From: Naegleria gruberi
Taxonomy: Eukaryota
Reading direction: 5' to 3' (one strand)
NCBI GenBank assembly: GCA_000004985.1
Contig: GG738883.1
Length of the DNA stretch: 64,000 bases
A program made the translations under genes and the position numbers. Each line of letters opens with the position of its first letter. Position 1 is the stretch's first letter. Below, piece by piece: positions 35,667 to 45,900 of this stretch. The notes below the pieces were generated by a model. It saw nothing but the letters and a program-made list of their open reading frames with translations, was not told where the DNA came from and did not search any database.

Positions 35667-36007
35667 TCACCTCACTTGGTTACCATCAAAAAGAACCATT
35701 ATTTGAATTTCATCAATAATGGAAGGCCAATTAATTAGACCCTCAATTGGAACCTTATCAAATAGTAAGGCAACAGGATAATTGTTCTCATCCTCAACAA
35801 ATAGGAATGCTTCGCATGAAAATTCATTTTCCACTTCACTAATCTCTGGACACAAGTGATCATATCGCTCCTTTGTAAATTTCACATATCTTAAGCGATC
35901 TTGGACTACAGCAAAGTATTTTCTGCCTTTCCAGTGGAATTTTCCAACCAGAGGAAAATCAGATTCATCTCTATTGAATGTAGTAACTGCAACTGAGGTA
36001 TTCGAAT
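35667..36007 (-). CDS. probable additional 3' exon of the Sel1-repeat gene (alternative model), 113 codons
   Basis: The Sel1 ORF ends at GGTAAGTAA, where the stop overlaps a perfect GTAAGT donor. Splicing G|GTAAGT...AAAAAG| (44-nt intron 36008..36051) continues in phase 1 into a stop-free 113-codon frame ending at the TGA at 35667-35669 (DSNTSVAVTTFNRDESDFPLVGKFHWKGRKYFAVVQDRLRY...LFDGNQVR). Confidence 0.4.
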
Positions 36008-36043
36008 CTTTTTAATTGTTGATTTGATAAATTAGCAAATAAA

Positions 36044-38263
36044 TTACTTACCATTTTGAGAGATTTCATTCTTGCCTTCTTGTGGAAGTAAATCGTGCAG
36101 TTTCTTCTTACAATCGAATGGCAATAATTTTGAGGAGAAGAGTGTCTCTATCACATGTTTAGGAATTAATGTTGAAAGTTTGGAATCTAGATTCTTGAGG
36201 ATATAGCTCGATACAATTCCACATACAAATTTCTCATGTTCCTTCCTTTCGAACTTTTCCATTAAATAGTAAATATAAATTGGGTTCAATATTTCTAATA
36301 TTTCAGAAATTGTTAAATCATCCACTAAATAAATACACAATTCGTGTAATAATTCCAATTCAAAAAAGGTCTTTTTTCTTAAAAAGGCAACCTTTCCCTC
36401 TTTTAAAAAATTGAAATATAAATCAAATATTTCAACAACGCCCTCATTCTTAATAGATGGAATAATTTCATTCGAAACTCCACTCAAATCAACTATCATC
36501 AGCCCATTCTGATTTCTTTCCACACTATTAATCCAATCTGAGCTTAACAAAGTTATGAAATAGTTTGATCTTTTCAGTAACTTTCCCTCACATTCAATTG
36601 AATCACTTTTAGATAATTTAATGAGGATTGTATCCTCAATTTGAATGTTTTCATGAGATTCACCTTCCTTAATATTATACGAATGTATCAATTTCATTAA
36701 ATTATCAAATGGAAATGGCATTAATTTGACATTTGGCTTTTCGATAATTGGTGATTTGACATGCTTTAACTTTTCTTGAAATAGTTCCAAGAAACTAGCT
36801 ATGGATTTTCTTTTGGAAAGGTTCATATTCTTTCCCATCCATTTCAATCCTTCAGAATAATTTAGTTCGGTTCCTCTTCCTTGCCAATACATTGATGAAA
36901 TTTTCAATTGAGCATTTAAGTTTCCTTGCTTGGCTGCTTTCAAATAGTATTCGAAAGCTTTAGAATCACTCTGTTCGATTCCTTTTCCTTTCAGATACAT
37001 TAGTCCAAGCTCAAAATGTGCTGTTGAATTTCCTTCCTCAGCTGCTTTTGAATACCATTTAAAAGCTTGTGAATAATCCTTATTGCACCCCTCTCCAGAG
37101 AAATACATATTCCCTAAGAGGACCATTGCCTCAGTCTCATTTTGGTTTGCAGATTTCAAAACCAATTCGAAAGCTTTCGAATAATCTTTTTCTACACCTT
37201 TTCCAAGAACAATCATTGATCCAGCAGCAAGTTGAGACTTTGCATCCCCTTGCTCAGCTGCTCTCAAATACCATTTCAAAGCTTTCGAATAGTCACCATT
37301 CGAATGATAAATCTTTCCACATACATTTTGAGAGGTCACGTCACCTAGCTCTGCAGCTTTCAGATACCATTCCATAGCTTTAGAAACATCTTTTTCAACT
37401 CCATGTCCAAAATAATATATACTTCCAATATCATATTGAATTGACAAAAGTTTTGGAACTCTTCCATGAGATTCAGCTTTTAAAAGCCATTCTAAAGTTT
37501 TGGAATAATCTTGTGGTACAGATTGTCCATAAAAATGCATGTAACCAATTTGAGCTTGTGATTCAAAACAACCCTTCTCTGCAGCTTTCGTATACCATTC
37601 AAAAGCTTTCGTATAATCTGGTTCAACCCCTATTATTCCTTCATAATAAATATGCCCAATAGTACGTTGAGCTGCACAATGCCCTTTCTCAGCTGCTTGC
37701 AAAAAGAATTCCATAGCTTTCGAATAGTCTTGTTCTATTCCAACCCCTTTCAAATACATTGACCCAATCTGGAATAGACCTGCCTGTGCAGTTTTCATAT
37801 ACCATTCGAAAGCTTTCGAATAATCAATCTCTGTATTAGCTCGATTATGATAAAACTCTCCAATCTTTTTCATTGCCAACAAGTGATTATCCCTAATCGA
37901 TGCAATACAAAAATCCAAATTACTAAATTCTTCCGCCAATAAGTAAACATAAAATTTCCAAATATTTTCTTCACACTTTTCATTTTCTGCATTTTTTAAA
38001 ATTTCTTCCAAATATTTTGCATAATCAATAAATTCACAATCTTCATTTTCTATTGTTGATCTATCTTCTTGATAATTATTGTTACGAATTAATTTAATTG
38101 TTTTTAAATTTTCCAAAACTTGATGAAATTTAGAATTGTTCCATCCGATTAAAAGTGAAATGTCATCGGTGGGTTCTTCTTCTTTTTGGTGGTGATTAAT
38201 GGTCTTCTTCTTCTTCTTGTTTGATTTCTGGCCAGATTTTTGATCATGAGAACGTTTTTTCAT
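36044..38263 (-). CDS. Sel1-repeat (TPR-like) protein
   Basis: 739-aa ORF. Basic KKKKK N-terminus, then about 10 Sel1 repeats (DYSKAFEWYMKTAQAG...GIEQDYSKAMEFFLQAAEKGH...), then a roughly 250-aa C-terminal region. Confidence 0.75.
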   Translation of the reverse strand: MKKRSHDQKSGQKSNKKKKKTINHHQKEEEPTDDISLLIGWNNSKFHQVLENLKTIKLIRNNNYQEDRSTIENEDCEFIDYAKYLEEILKNAENEKCEENIWKFYVYLLAEEFSNLDFCIASIRDNHLLAMKKIGEFYHNRANTEIDYSKAFEWYMKTAQAGLFQIGSMYLKGVGIEQDYSKAMEFFLQAAEKGHCAAQRTIGHIYYEGIIGVEPDYTKAFEWYTKAAEKGCFESQAQIGYMHFYGQSVPQDYSKTLEWLLKAESHGRVPKLLSIQYDIGSIYYFGHGVEKDVSKAMEWYLKAAELGDVTSQNVCGKIYHSNGDYSKALKWYLRAAEQGDAKSQLAAGSMIVLGKGVEKDYSKAFELVLKSANQNETEAMVLLGNMYFSGEGCNKDYSQAFKWYSKAAEEGNSTAHFELGLMYLKGKGIEQSDSKAFEYYLKAAKQGNLNAQLKISSMYWQGRGTELNYSEGLKWMGKNMNLSKRKSIASFLELFQEKLKHVKSPIIEKPNVKLMPFPFDNLMKLIHSYNIKEGESHENIQIEDTILIKLSKSDSIECEGKLLKRSNYFITLLSSDWINSVERNQNGLMIVDLSGVSNEIIPSIKNEGVVEIFDLYFNFLKEGKVAFLRKKTFFELELLHELCIYLVDDLTISEILEILNPIYIYYLMEKFERKEHEKFVCGIVSSYILKNLDSKLSTLIPKHVIETLFSSKLLPFDCKKKLHDLLPQEGKNEISQNGK

Positions 38264-38645
38264 TTTTTTTAAATTAAATACAAATATTCAAATATTGGGT
38301 CAAACCTTAAATTGAAACTCTGTCGGGTATTTAAGCGACCTAATAAATTAAAATCAAAATTTCCTTAGACTTTGAATCTTCCGTAAATTTTGCAAATTTG
38401 TTCTTCAACCAATTATAAAAAAATTCAACTCCGAAAAAAATTACAAGCAGATCCTTCTTCTCCTAAAAGCTGCCGAACAACAACAAAACAAAAAGGGGAG
38501 GAAGGTATTATTTATAATACAACAACAATAAGAATATAAGAATAATTTTATATTTATATATAATACAACAAGAGAGAGAGGATCAAATTTCTCTTTTTTC
38601 CTCATCAAATCTAATTTTACTTTTTAAATATATTATACAAATAGT

Positions 38646-39506
38646 ATGCTCTCTGCTTCTCATAATACGGAGGAAGATGTTACTCAACTACCTCAGGAAA
38701 GACACGGAAGGAAGACTAGACACTTTGGAAAGAGTACGAGGATTAAAGCCTTGATTATGCAATATTGGAATATGATCATGTCGGTGCTGGGGATGATATC
38801 GATTGGATTGATATGTTTTGGAGCCTTGTTGGTAGTTTTCGGATGGATTTGGAAGTATCCGAGTGAATTTAATTTAAAAACAAGTTGCAAAGTTGTTAAA
38901 TTTGTGGATTGTGTTCTGTTGGTCGATAAATTTCATGATTCATCTTCGGAATTTGCAAATCCATTCAGTAGTAAACATTTCAAGAGATCGGCGATTCATC
39001 AACATTGTGCTGTTGAAGTAATTGTTGAGAATGAGAATGCAACAAGAACAAGTATTGATAAAATAGTGTATGATCCAAATAGTACGGAGAATAAGTATGC
39101 GATTGGTTCAATTGTTGACTGCTACTTATCACAAACCAATAATCAATTTGTATCATTCAGGTCAACCATAACGAGTGGAAAAATTGCTTTTAGAACCATT
39201 GGATTTTTAATCATTTTACTTGGATTGGTATCTGGACTTTTTTGTATCCTTGCCGTAACCTCGATTAGGAAACAATGTTTTGAATTAATTGGATCAATAT
39301 CAAAGAAGATTACATTCCGTCGAACCAAACGATTGGAAGATGAAGAACCTTTGAGAAATGCCTCAAGATCGAGTGCTGGTTCTTCTCATCTCTATGAAGA
39401 TGGTGAACGAGAATATTTCGATTATATTGAAAAGGATAGAAAAGTTCCACAAAAGAATCATTCTGATGAATTTGATGAGGATGAAGAAGAATTAGTAGTT
39501 GTGTAA
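38646..39506 (+). CDS. membrane protein (2 TM), unknown function, acidic C-terminus
   Basis: 286-aa ORF with two strong hydrophobic helices. Confidence 0.4.
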   Translation: MLSASHNTEEDVTQLPQERHGRKTRHFGKSTRIKALIMQYWNMIMSVLGMISIGLICFGALLVVFGWIWKYPSEFNLKTSCKVVKFVDCVLLVDKFHDSSSEFANPFSSKHFKRSAIHQHCAVEVIVENENATRTSIDKIVYDPNSTENKYAIGSIVDCYLSQTNNQFVSFRSTITSGKIAFRTIGFLIILLGLVSGLFCILAVTSIRKQCFELIGSISKKITFRRTKRLEDEEPLRNASRSSAGSSHLYEDGEREYFDYIEKDRKVPQKNHSDEFDEDEEELVVV

Positions 39507-39903
39507 AATACTGTACAAATTGTAAATAAGATATTGAGAGAAATGAGACATTGCCAAATTTTGAAAATCCCATACTAGCTAACTATCTTTACTTTTTATT
39601 GTTTAATACCTTTATTAAACAATATATTCTGAAATATTATTAAGGTGATCCTTCTTTTTCATTGTGTATGAAAATCCTTGTTCAGACTTCCTTAGTTCAA
39701 ACACGTGTTTTTTGGAGGGTTGGAACTTTAAAAATCTTTTATTACAATTATTTACTACGGTGCTATGCAAAATGCATTGTCAGACTTCCTTAGTTCAATT
39801 ACGTCCTAAGGAGAGGACAACAGCATTCAACTCTAAAAATCTTTGAAATTACAAAATATTTACTGGGTGGATTCAGGATCAATTCATTCAAACACAAAAA
39901 AAA

Positions 39904-40566
39904 ATGCCAATAGAAATTAAATATTCACACACCAAGGAAATTGCACTCACTAAAGAGCATGATGACTGGCAATGGTCAACAGGTGAAGGTAAAAAGTTGG
40001 ACATTAATTATGGCCAAGATCAAAAATTACAAACTATTCAAATGACAACAAAATCGGAAGGAGATTATTGGAGAATTACACATTATGATTTTATTCATGA
40101 TGATGGAGATTTTCTTTATTTGAAGAGTTTGAATGCACAAACAAATCAAAACTTTGAAATTCAAGTTTCTTTCAAGGCAAATTATCAAAATCTCTATGAT
40201 CAAGCCGGAATCATGTTGAGATCTGGTGAGAAACATTGGATGAAAACTGGAATTGAGTATGTTCATGGTACTTCATATGCCAGTGCTGTTGTCACAAGAG
40301 AATACAGTGATTGGTCAACTAATCCTTTGGAAAAACACAATACCGATGATTATTTCACAATCAAGGTACAACTTTTTAAGGGAGATGTCAGAGTTGACTA
40401 TAGCTTAGATGAAGGAAAGACATTCCACTTGTTGAGAATCGCTCACTTATTTGATCAGAATGAGAGTCATCCTCTCCAATTGGGAATCTTTGCTGCCTCA
40501 CCAACACGTAAGGAAGGTTGTCAAGTAGAATTTAAGAATTTATCCATTACTGAACTCATTGTTTAA
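39904..40566 (+). CDS. DUF1349-like (concanavalin-like beta-sandwich) protein
   Basis: 220-aa ORF whose size and W/G/Y-rich beta-strand pattern resemble the DUF1349 family. Assignment from memory; no catalytic motif. Confidence 0.45.
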   Translation: MPIEIKYSHTKEIALTKEHDDWQWSTGEGKKLDINYGQDQKLQTIQMTTKSEGDYWRITHYDFIHDDGDFLYLKSLNAQTNQNFEIQVSFKANYQNLYDQAGIMLRSGEKHWMKTGIEYVHGTSYASAVVTREYSDWSTNPLEKHNTDDYFTIKVQLFKGDVRVDYSLDEGKTFHLLRIAHLFDQNESHPLQLGIFAASPTRKEGCQVEFKNLSITELIV

Positions 40567-40732
40567 ATTCTGAATTATTTGTTAATTAAAAGAATATTTT
40601 GATAAAATTGAATTAACACCGAAAAGTTGGCCTCTGTTTAATATCGCTCCAATTATTTCATTGCTCTTTCCCTTAATTTCGTCACTCATATTACACTACT
40701 TTGTCTTCTTTCCAATAACTTAAATTTTTTAT

Positions 40733-41113
40733 TTAAAGATCATCAACAGAATTAACATCAAACGACAATCCACTCTCCTTCAATTCACTCTTCTTCACTC
40801 TATCATTTACCTGCACTGTCTTATCAGGCACATTATTACTCATATGATAAGACCCTAAATGTCCACAATGACATTCTATTCCTCTGACTGCTTGATAATT
40901 AGTGCAATTACAACCAGAAGAACAACACTTTGAAATATTTTTATATGAAAGTACTTGGGTATGAGCCGGAATGTAAACGTCAGTTGTACAACTGCAAGAT
41001 TGACAGATTCTGTAAATTCTGCCATCCGATTTGACAGTTCTGATATCTTGTGTAGCATTGGTGACACCACAGCTGCATGTCCATTGATCTTTGAAATCTG
41101 TTGTTTGAACCAT
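40733..41113 (-). CDS. small Cys/His-rich protein (putative metal-binding)
   Basis: 126 aa with 16 Cys in CxC/CxxC/CC arrangements (WTCSCGV, CQSCSCT, KCCSSGCNCT, ECHCGH). Confidence 0.35.
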   Translation of the reverse strand: MVQTTDFKDQWTCSCGVTNATQDIRTVKSDGRIYRICQSCSCTTDVYIPAHTQVLSYKNISKCCSSGCNCTNYQAVRGIECHCGHLGSYHMSNNVPDKTVQVNDRVKKSELKESGLSFDVNSVDDL

Positions 41114-41478
41114 TTTAGTTTATTTTTTTGTTGATTAGTTTTCACAGAGTGGAAAGTCAATTTTTTAAGATAGATTGAGAGGTTACATCAGGTCCGTGGA
41201 GGAAAGAATGTAATTTTGAGACAATTTTTTGACGCTCCTTGTTTGGATGAATGGTTAATTAATTGTTGATTATTCAAATTATTGAGATTCAATAAGGAAT
41301 TATTGTTGGGAAGAATAGTGTAATTCAAATCTGATAATCTTTTCATAGTTTGTGTTTATGGACAAAGGACTAATATCTTGTTTGAATGAAATCTTCATAT
41401 GAAGACTTGATTCGTTTCTACGAATTGTAATTGAAATAAGTGGCATATTTGAATAAGAATAGTTTGATAAAATTGAAT

Positions 41479-42354
41479 TTATTCTCCAGTTTCAATCTTT
41501 CTCAAAACTTCGACCATTTCAGCAGCCAAAGATTTTGTGCAAGTGGCAAGACATCTGTGCTTTTGTAATAATACTTCTTCCTTGACATCCAAATCAATTG
41601 GATCACAAACTGTACCACCAGCTTCTTCGACAATAATTTTACCAGCAGCCATATCCCAGATTTGAATTCCATTTTCAAAGTAAGCATCAAGTGAACCATT
41701 TGCAACATAACACAAATTAATGACAGCACTTCCACTTCCTCTAATTCCATGACATCCTCTTCTCAAGAAGGCACCATATTTCTTTTCGACCATTCCTAAA
41801 ATTTCTTCAGTTCTTCCGTATGGGAAATTACTTGAGAGTAAAGATCCTTCAATTGATTCGCATTGTGAAATGACATTCTTTTCAAAAACTTGATTTGTGA
41901 ATGGAGTCTTTTGGAAAGATCCCTTTCCTTTAATTGCATAAAATGTTTCATTCATGATTGGATTGTGAACAACACCCATAACAACTTGTCCACAACAAGC
42001 TAATGCAATACTTGTACAAACTCCTGGATTACGATGGACAAAATTAGTAGTTCCATCAATAGGATCAATAATCCAACTATATCCATTCAATATAAGAGTT
42101 GTATCATGATTATTATATTCTTCACCAATAATTTGATGATCGGGATAATTTGTAAGTAAATGTTGAGACACAATCTCCTCAACACGTTTATCTGTCTGTG
42201 TGACCATATCAATTACAGTCGATTTGGTCAAGAAGGCTTTTTGCTGACTAGCAAAATGTTGTTTAATTTCAATAGCAGCCAATTCACAAGCCTTCAAAGC
42301 AACTTGCAAGGCTTGATCCAAATCAATAACTTTATATGTTCCTTCTGATGCCAT
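41479..42354 (-). CDS. inositol monophosphatase (IMPase family)
   Basis: Hallmark motifs WIIDPIDGTTNFVH, the metal-binding ...DMVTQTDKRVEE..., and WDMAAGKIIVEEAGG. 291 aa. Confidence 0.9.
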   Translation of the reverse strand: MASEGTYKVIDLDQALQVALKACELAAIEIKQHFASQQKAFLTKSTVIDMVTQTDKRVEEIVSQHLLTNYPDHQIIGEEYNNHDTTLILNGYSWIIDPIDGTTNFVHRNPGVCTSIALACCGQVVMGVVHNPIMNETFYAIKGKGSFQKTPFTNQVFEKNVISQCESIEGSLLSSNFPYGRTEEILGMVEKKYGAFLRRGCHGIRGSGSAVINLCYVANGSLDAYFENGIQIWDMAAGKIIVEEAGGTVCDPIDLDVKEEVLLQKHRCLATCTKSLAAEMVEVLRKIETGE

Positions 42355-42634
42355 TTTGAAAAATTCCTAGTGGGTGAGTGGTAGGTGGATAATAAATTAA
42401 AAAGGAGGGAGAGAACGGGAGTGTTTAGAGTGTTGAGGTATTTTTTTTTGAAATGTTATTAAATGCTTGAATAATCAAATTTTTCAAATGGAGTGAAAAA
42501 CACGGGCGGAAATTGGCGGCCGAGAATTTAAACATTTTTGGATGATTTTCCTTAATAATGATGTTACAATTTCGTGGCGCTTTTGAACAACATTACAAAA
42601 TGTCAGCAACATGTTGATTTAAGTAAATCAAAAT

Positions 42635-45028
42635 TTATTGATCCAAAACTTGAATGAGGACAGAGTTTGGTTTTTTCACAATTTCACCAATTTTCCACAA
42701 ATTCAAATTCTTTTCCTTGAACGAATTGACCAGCTTTTCTTCCTCATCAGGAGAAATGGTAAACAGCAAGCCACCACTTGTTTGAGCATCTGCCAAAATT
42801 AATTGTTCTTCCTTTGATAGAGTTGAGGCGAATTCAACGAATTGTTGAACATTTTCCAAATTAGTTTTGGTTCCTCCAGGAATAACAATTCTCATTAAGG
42901 ATAGACAAGAAGAATCCAAAAGAGGAATTTGCTTTGCATTCAATTGAGCTACCAAATCCTTATTTTCCTCACAGATTTCTCTACTTCCTTTCATAATTTC
43001 CTTCAAATGTCCTAGTAATCCAAAACCTGTCACATCAGTGCAAGAAGAGACAGATTTCATTTCTCTCAACACATACGAAGTATCTCTATTCAAAGTCTTC
43101 ATAGAATTGATTGCAGATTGAGCTGTTTCAGATTCATATGGAACATTACCCAATTTCATTGCAGATGTAATGACACCTGTTCCAATTCTCTTGGTGAGGA
43201 ATAATAAATCTCCTTCTTCACATCCAACATTTCTGAAAATCTTGTCAGGATGAATAATGCCATTTACACTCATGCCGAATTTAGGTTCCTCATCATCGAT
43301 GGAATGACCACCAACAATGGCAACTCCAGCTTCATTGGCTTTATCGATGGAACCTCTCAAGATTTCTTGGAGAATTTCGATTGGGAGAGTTCTGGATGGG
43401 AAGGCAACAACACTGAGAGCTGTTTGTGGTTTACCACCCATTGCATAGACATCACTTAAGGCATTAGCACAAGCAATAGCTCCAAAATCGTAAGGGTTGT
43501 CCACAATTGGAGCGAAAAAGTCAATGGTGCTTACAATAGCAACGTGATCATTGATTTTGTAAACTGCTGCATCGTCACAGGTTGAATTTCCAACCAGAAC
43601 TGAATTATTTTCTGGTTGTTTTGGCAATTTCTGTAAAATACTGTCTAGTAATCGAGAATTAATCTTACATCCACATCCCAATCCAGAAGCTAATTGAGTC
43701 AACTTGACATTATCTGCATTAACGTTCAATGAAACTTTCTTTGAGAAACAAACTCCGCTTGAAGATATTGAACTAGAACAAGATGAAGCAACTCCTGTAG
43801 CTCCTCCACCACATGGACCACAGGATGATGAGCCACTTCCGCCTCCAGAAGTTGCCATTGATGGAGCAGCTCCTTTTGATTTTAGCCCAAAGTGAATCGA
43901 ACGGTTTCCAACGACATTAAAGTGATTTCCCAACCAAGTATCTGAAAGAACTGAGGCAGTATTTCCACAAACTAGAACTGGTTTGTGGGCTTCAAATTTG
44001 TGAGTACCATCCAATTGGTAACTTTGTGGATAGCCCTTAATACTTCCCTTATAATAAGCAACTTGTCCATAATCTTCACATAATGGTTCAAAATCGAATA
44101 ACTTGAATAATCTGTATGTGGAAGTGAATGACGAGAGCTCTGAAAATAAATCTTGCATATCCTCCTCACCTTTTGGTGGTACCATCGATATGGAAATCAT
44201 TGAGGAACGACTCAATTCTCTTGGATCTTCAAATCCAGACTTTTTCACAAATCTAATAAAGTCATTAATGTACATGGCATGTGAAAACAAATTGATGAGA
44301 CTCTTTTGTGAAGGCGCAATCAAGGATCTGTGGACAGAGTTTTGCAAGACGGAAATTTGCAAATTGTCCAATCTTCTATCGGTATAAATATCCTGATAGT
44401 AAAATTCACCTCCCTTTTTAAGTAATCCAAATGAAAGCTCAAACATTTTTCTCTTCTCTCTCAATTGGAATCCAGGGAAATTACCAATCATTACATCAAA
44501 GGATTCTTTCTTCTCCAATTCCACTTTCAGCTCATGCTGTTTTCCTAAATAAGTAAAGTCAATTGGACTAAATGACAAGTCCTTCAACAATTCATCCATT
44601 ACCTTAATCAACTCTTCCTCGCTCTCCAAACCTCCCATTCTATACAACTTTTCTCTATTTTCACTCAGTACCAACAATGAAACTCTTCCATTTCTTCCAA
44701 CCATTTTCGAAGCCACCAAAACATCTCTCATTGCACTTGATAATAACAACTCATCATCACCATTCGCACACAACACACCAACATTAAGGTGATGATGATT
44801 ATCGAGAGTGGATGATCCCAATCCCAGTGGAATATTCATTCCGATCATTCCCTGTGAAGAAAATGCTGAGGATTGATCTAAAAGTTTGCTGAGGAATTTT
44901 CTTAAAGTTTCCGAATGTAGGGTTGATGATGAGGCAATTTGGGAAAGTTGATTGAGTAGTTGGACATGATCTCTGTGATGAGAGTTACTGGAAATGAAAT
45001 TAAGATTTAAGAATTCTATCATTTTCAT
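42635..45028 (-). CDS. bifunctional protein: N-terminal arsenite-methyltransferase (AS3MT/ArsM)-like domain fused to C-terminal selenophosphate synthetase (SelD/SPS, Cys form)
   Basis: The C-terminal 400 aa are unmistakably SPS (active site GLGCGCKIN; DDAAV; GGHSIDD; the AIR-synthase-like fold). The first Cys codon is TGT, not TGA-Sec. The N-terminal 380 aa align to the AS3MT core (SFDVMIGNFPGFQLREKRKMFELSFGLLKKGGEFYYQDIYTD versus FDVVISNCVINLV...VLKHGGELYFSDVYTS) and the AS3MT C-terminal region (YRLFKLFDFEPLCEDYGQVAYYKGS...). The SAM motif I appears degenerate. A Gly/Ser/Cys-rich linker joins the two domains. Confidence 0.85.
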   Translation of the reverse strand: MKMIEFLNLNFISSNSHHRDHVQLLNQLSQIASSSTLHSETLRKFLSKLLDQSSAFSSQGMIGMNIPLGLGSSTLDNHHHLNVGVLCANGDDELLLSSAMRDVLVASKMVGRNGRVSLLVLSENREKLYRMGGLESEEELIKVMDELLKDLSFSPIDFTYLGKQHELKVELEKKESFDVMIGNFPGFQLREKRKMFELSFGLLKKGGEFYYQDIYTDRRLDNLQISVLQNSVHRSLIAPSQKSLINLFSHAMYINDFIRFVKKSGFEDPRELSRSSMISISMVPPKGEEDMQDLFSELSSFTSTYRLFKLFDFEPLCEDYGQVAYYKGSIKGYPQSYQLDGTHKFEAHKPVLVCGNTASVLSDTWLGNHFNVVGNRSIHFGLKSKGAAPSMATSGGGSGSSSCGPCGGGATGVASSCSSSISSSGVCFSKKVSLNVNADNVKLTQLASGLGCGCKINSRLLDSILQKLPKQPENNSVLVGNSTCDDAAVYKINDHVAIVSTIDFFAPIVDNPYDFGAIACANALSDVYAMGGKPQTALSVVAFPSRTLPIEILQEILRGSIDKANEAGVAIVGGHSIDDEEPKFGMSVNGIIHPDKIFRNVGCEEGDLLFLTKRIGTGVITSAMKLGNVPYESETAQSAINSMKTLNRDTSYVLREMKSVSSCTDVTGFGLLGHLKEIMKGSREICEENKDLVAQLNAKQIPLLDSSCLSLMRIVIPGGTKTNLENVQQFVEFASTLSKEEQLILADAQTSGGLLFTISPDEEEKLVNSFKEKNLNLWKIGEIVKKPNSVLIQVLDQ

Positions 45029-45900
45029 ATAGTTAATAATAATATGTATTTAAATGTGGTATTTAATTTTATATTGAAAAGGATGGAAGTTATTGTTTCA
45101 ATTTTTTTGAATTGAAAAACGGAGGATCAATATGCTTAGAGTATTATTTAAAATATTATGAAATTCGGCACTTTACAAATTCGCCGTAATTGAATAATAA
45201 TAATTATTAACAAATAATTAAATACAGTTTACAAAAAAACCATCTACTTGGGAACTTAAGAAGGCTGGACCACCAACTCTTCAAACATGATCAACTCCCT
45301 CTTTCCACTCTTTTCCATTCCTCTCCACAATCCATTTTCATCCAACTTCCTCACTCTCATACCTTCCCAAAATGTTCTCCTTACTAAACCATCACATCAC
45401 AAAGATAATAATAATAAATTGATAACAATTTTCTCTCAAAATCGAGTTACTGACCAACCCCCTTAAAGAATATTCTCAAATCTGGCAATTCTCGGATTCT
45501 TTTTCTCTCTCCATTGTCATCCACACAACACTGTTCTTCTTCGTCCTCTTATCTTTGTTTCTCTCTACTCCATCTCCACCTTACAAAAACTATAAAAAGA
45601 CTTGTGAATGGGCAAATATTTCTGCCATCAAGAAAAAAAATACAAAACGTGATTTGGTTACCGAGAATCACACTCACTCACACACGAAATTGATTGTTTT
45701 TTACTCTACTTGTGCTAACGAAGTTATAGTATCATCTACGACTATTTCAACATTCTCCTCATAATCATCATCATCATCATATTGAAGATTTTTTTACATA
45801 CAAAATGAAAATTGGTTCGGGTCGTTCTTGTAGAACTCCATCATCATCAGGTTCAATAGGATTTCATAGCAATTCATTGTATCGTAGAAATATTGGAAAG

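Noticed and set aside
43700-43780. Possible selenocysteine (TGA) at the SPS active site
   Set aside because: The active-site residue in GLGCGCK is encoded by TGT (Cys). No in-frame TGA is present, so this is the Cys-type SPS.
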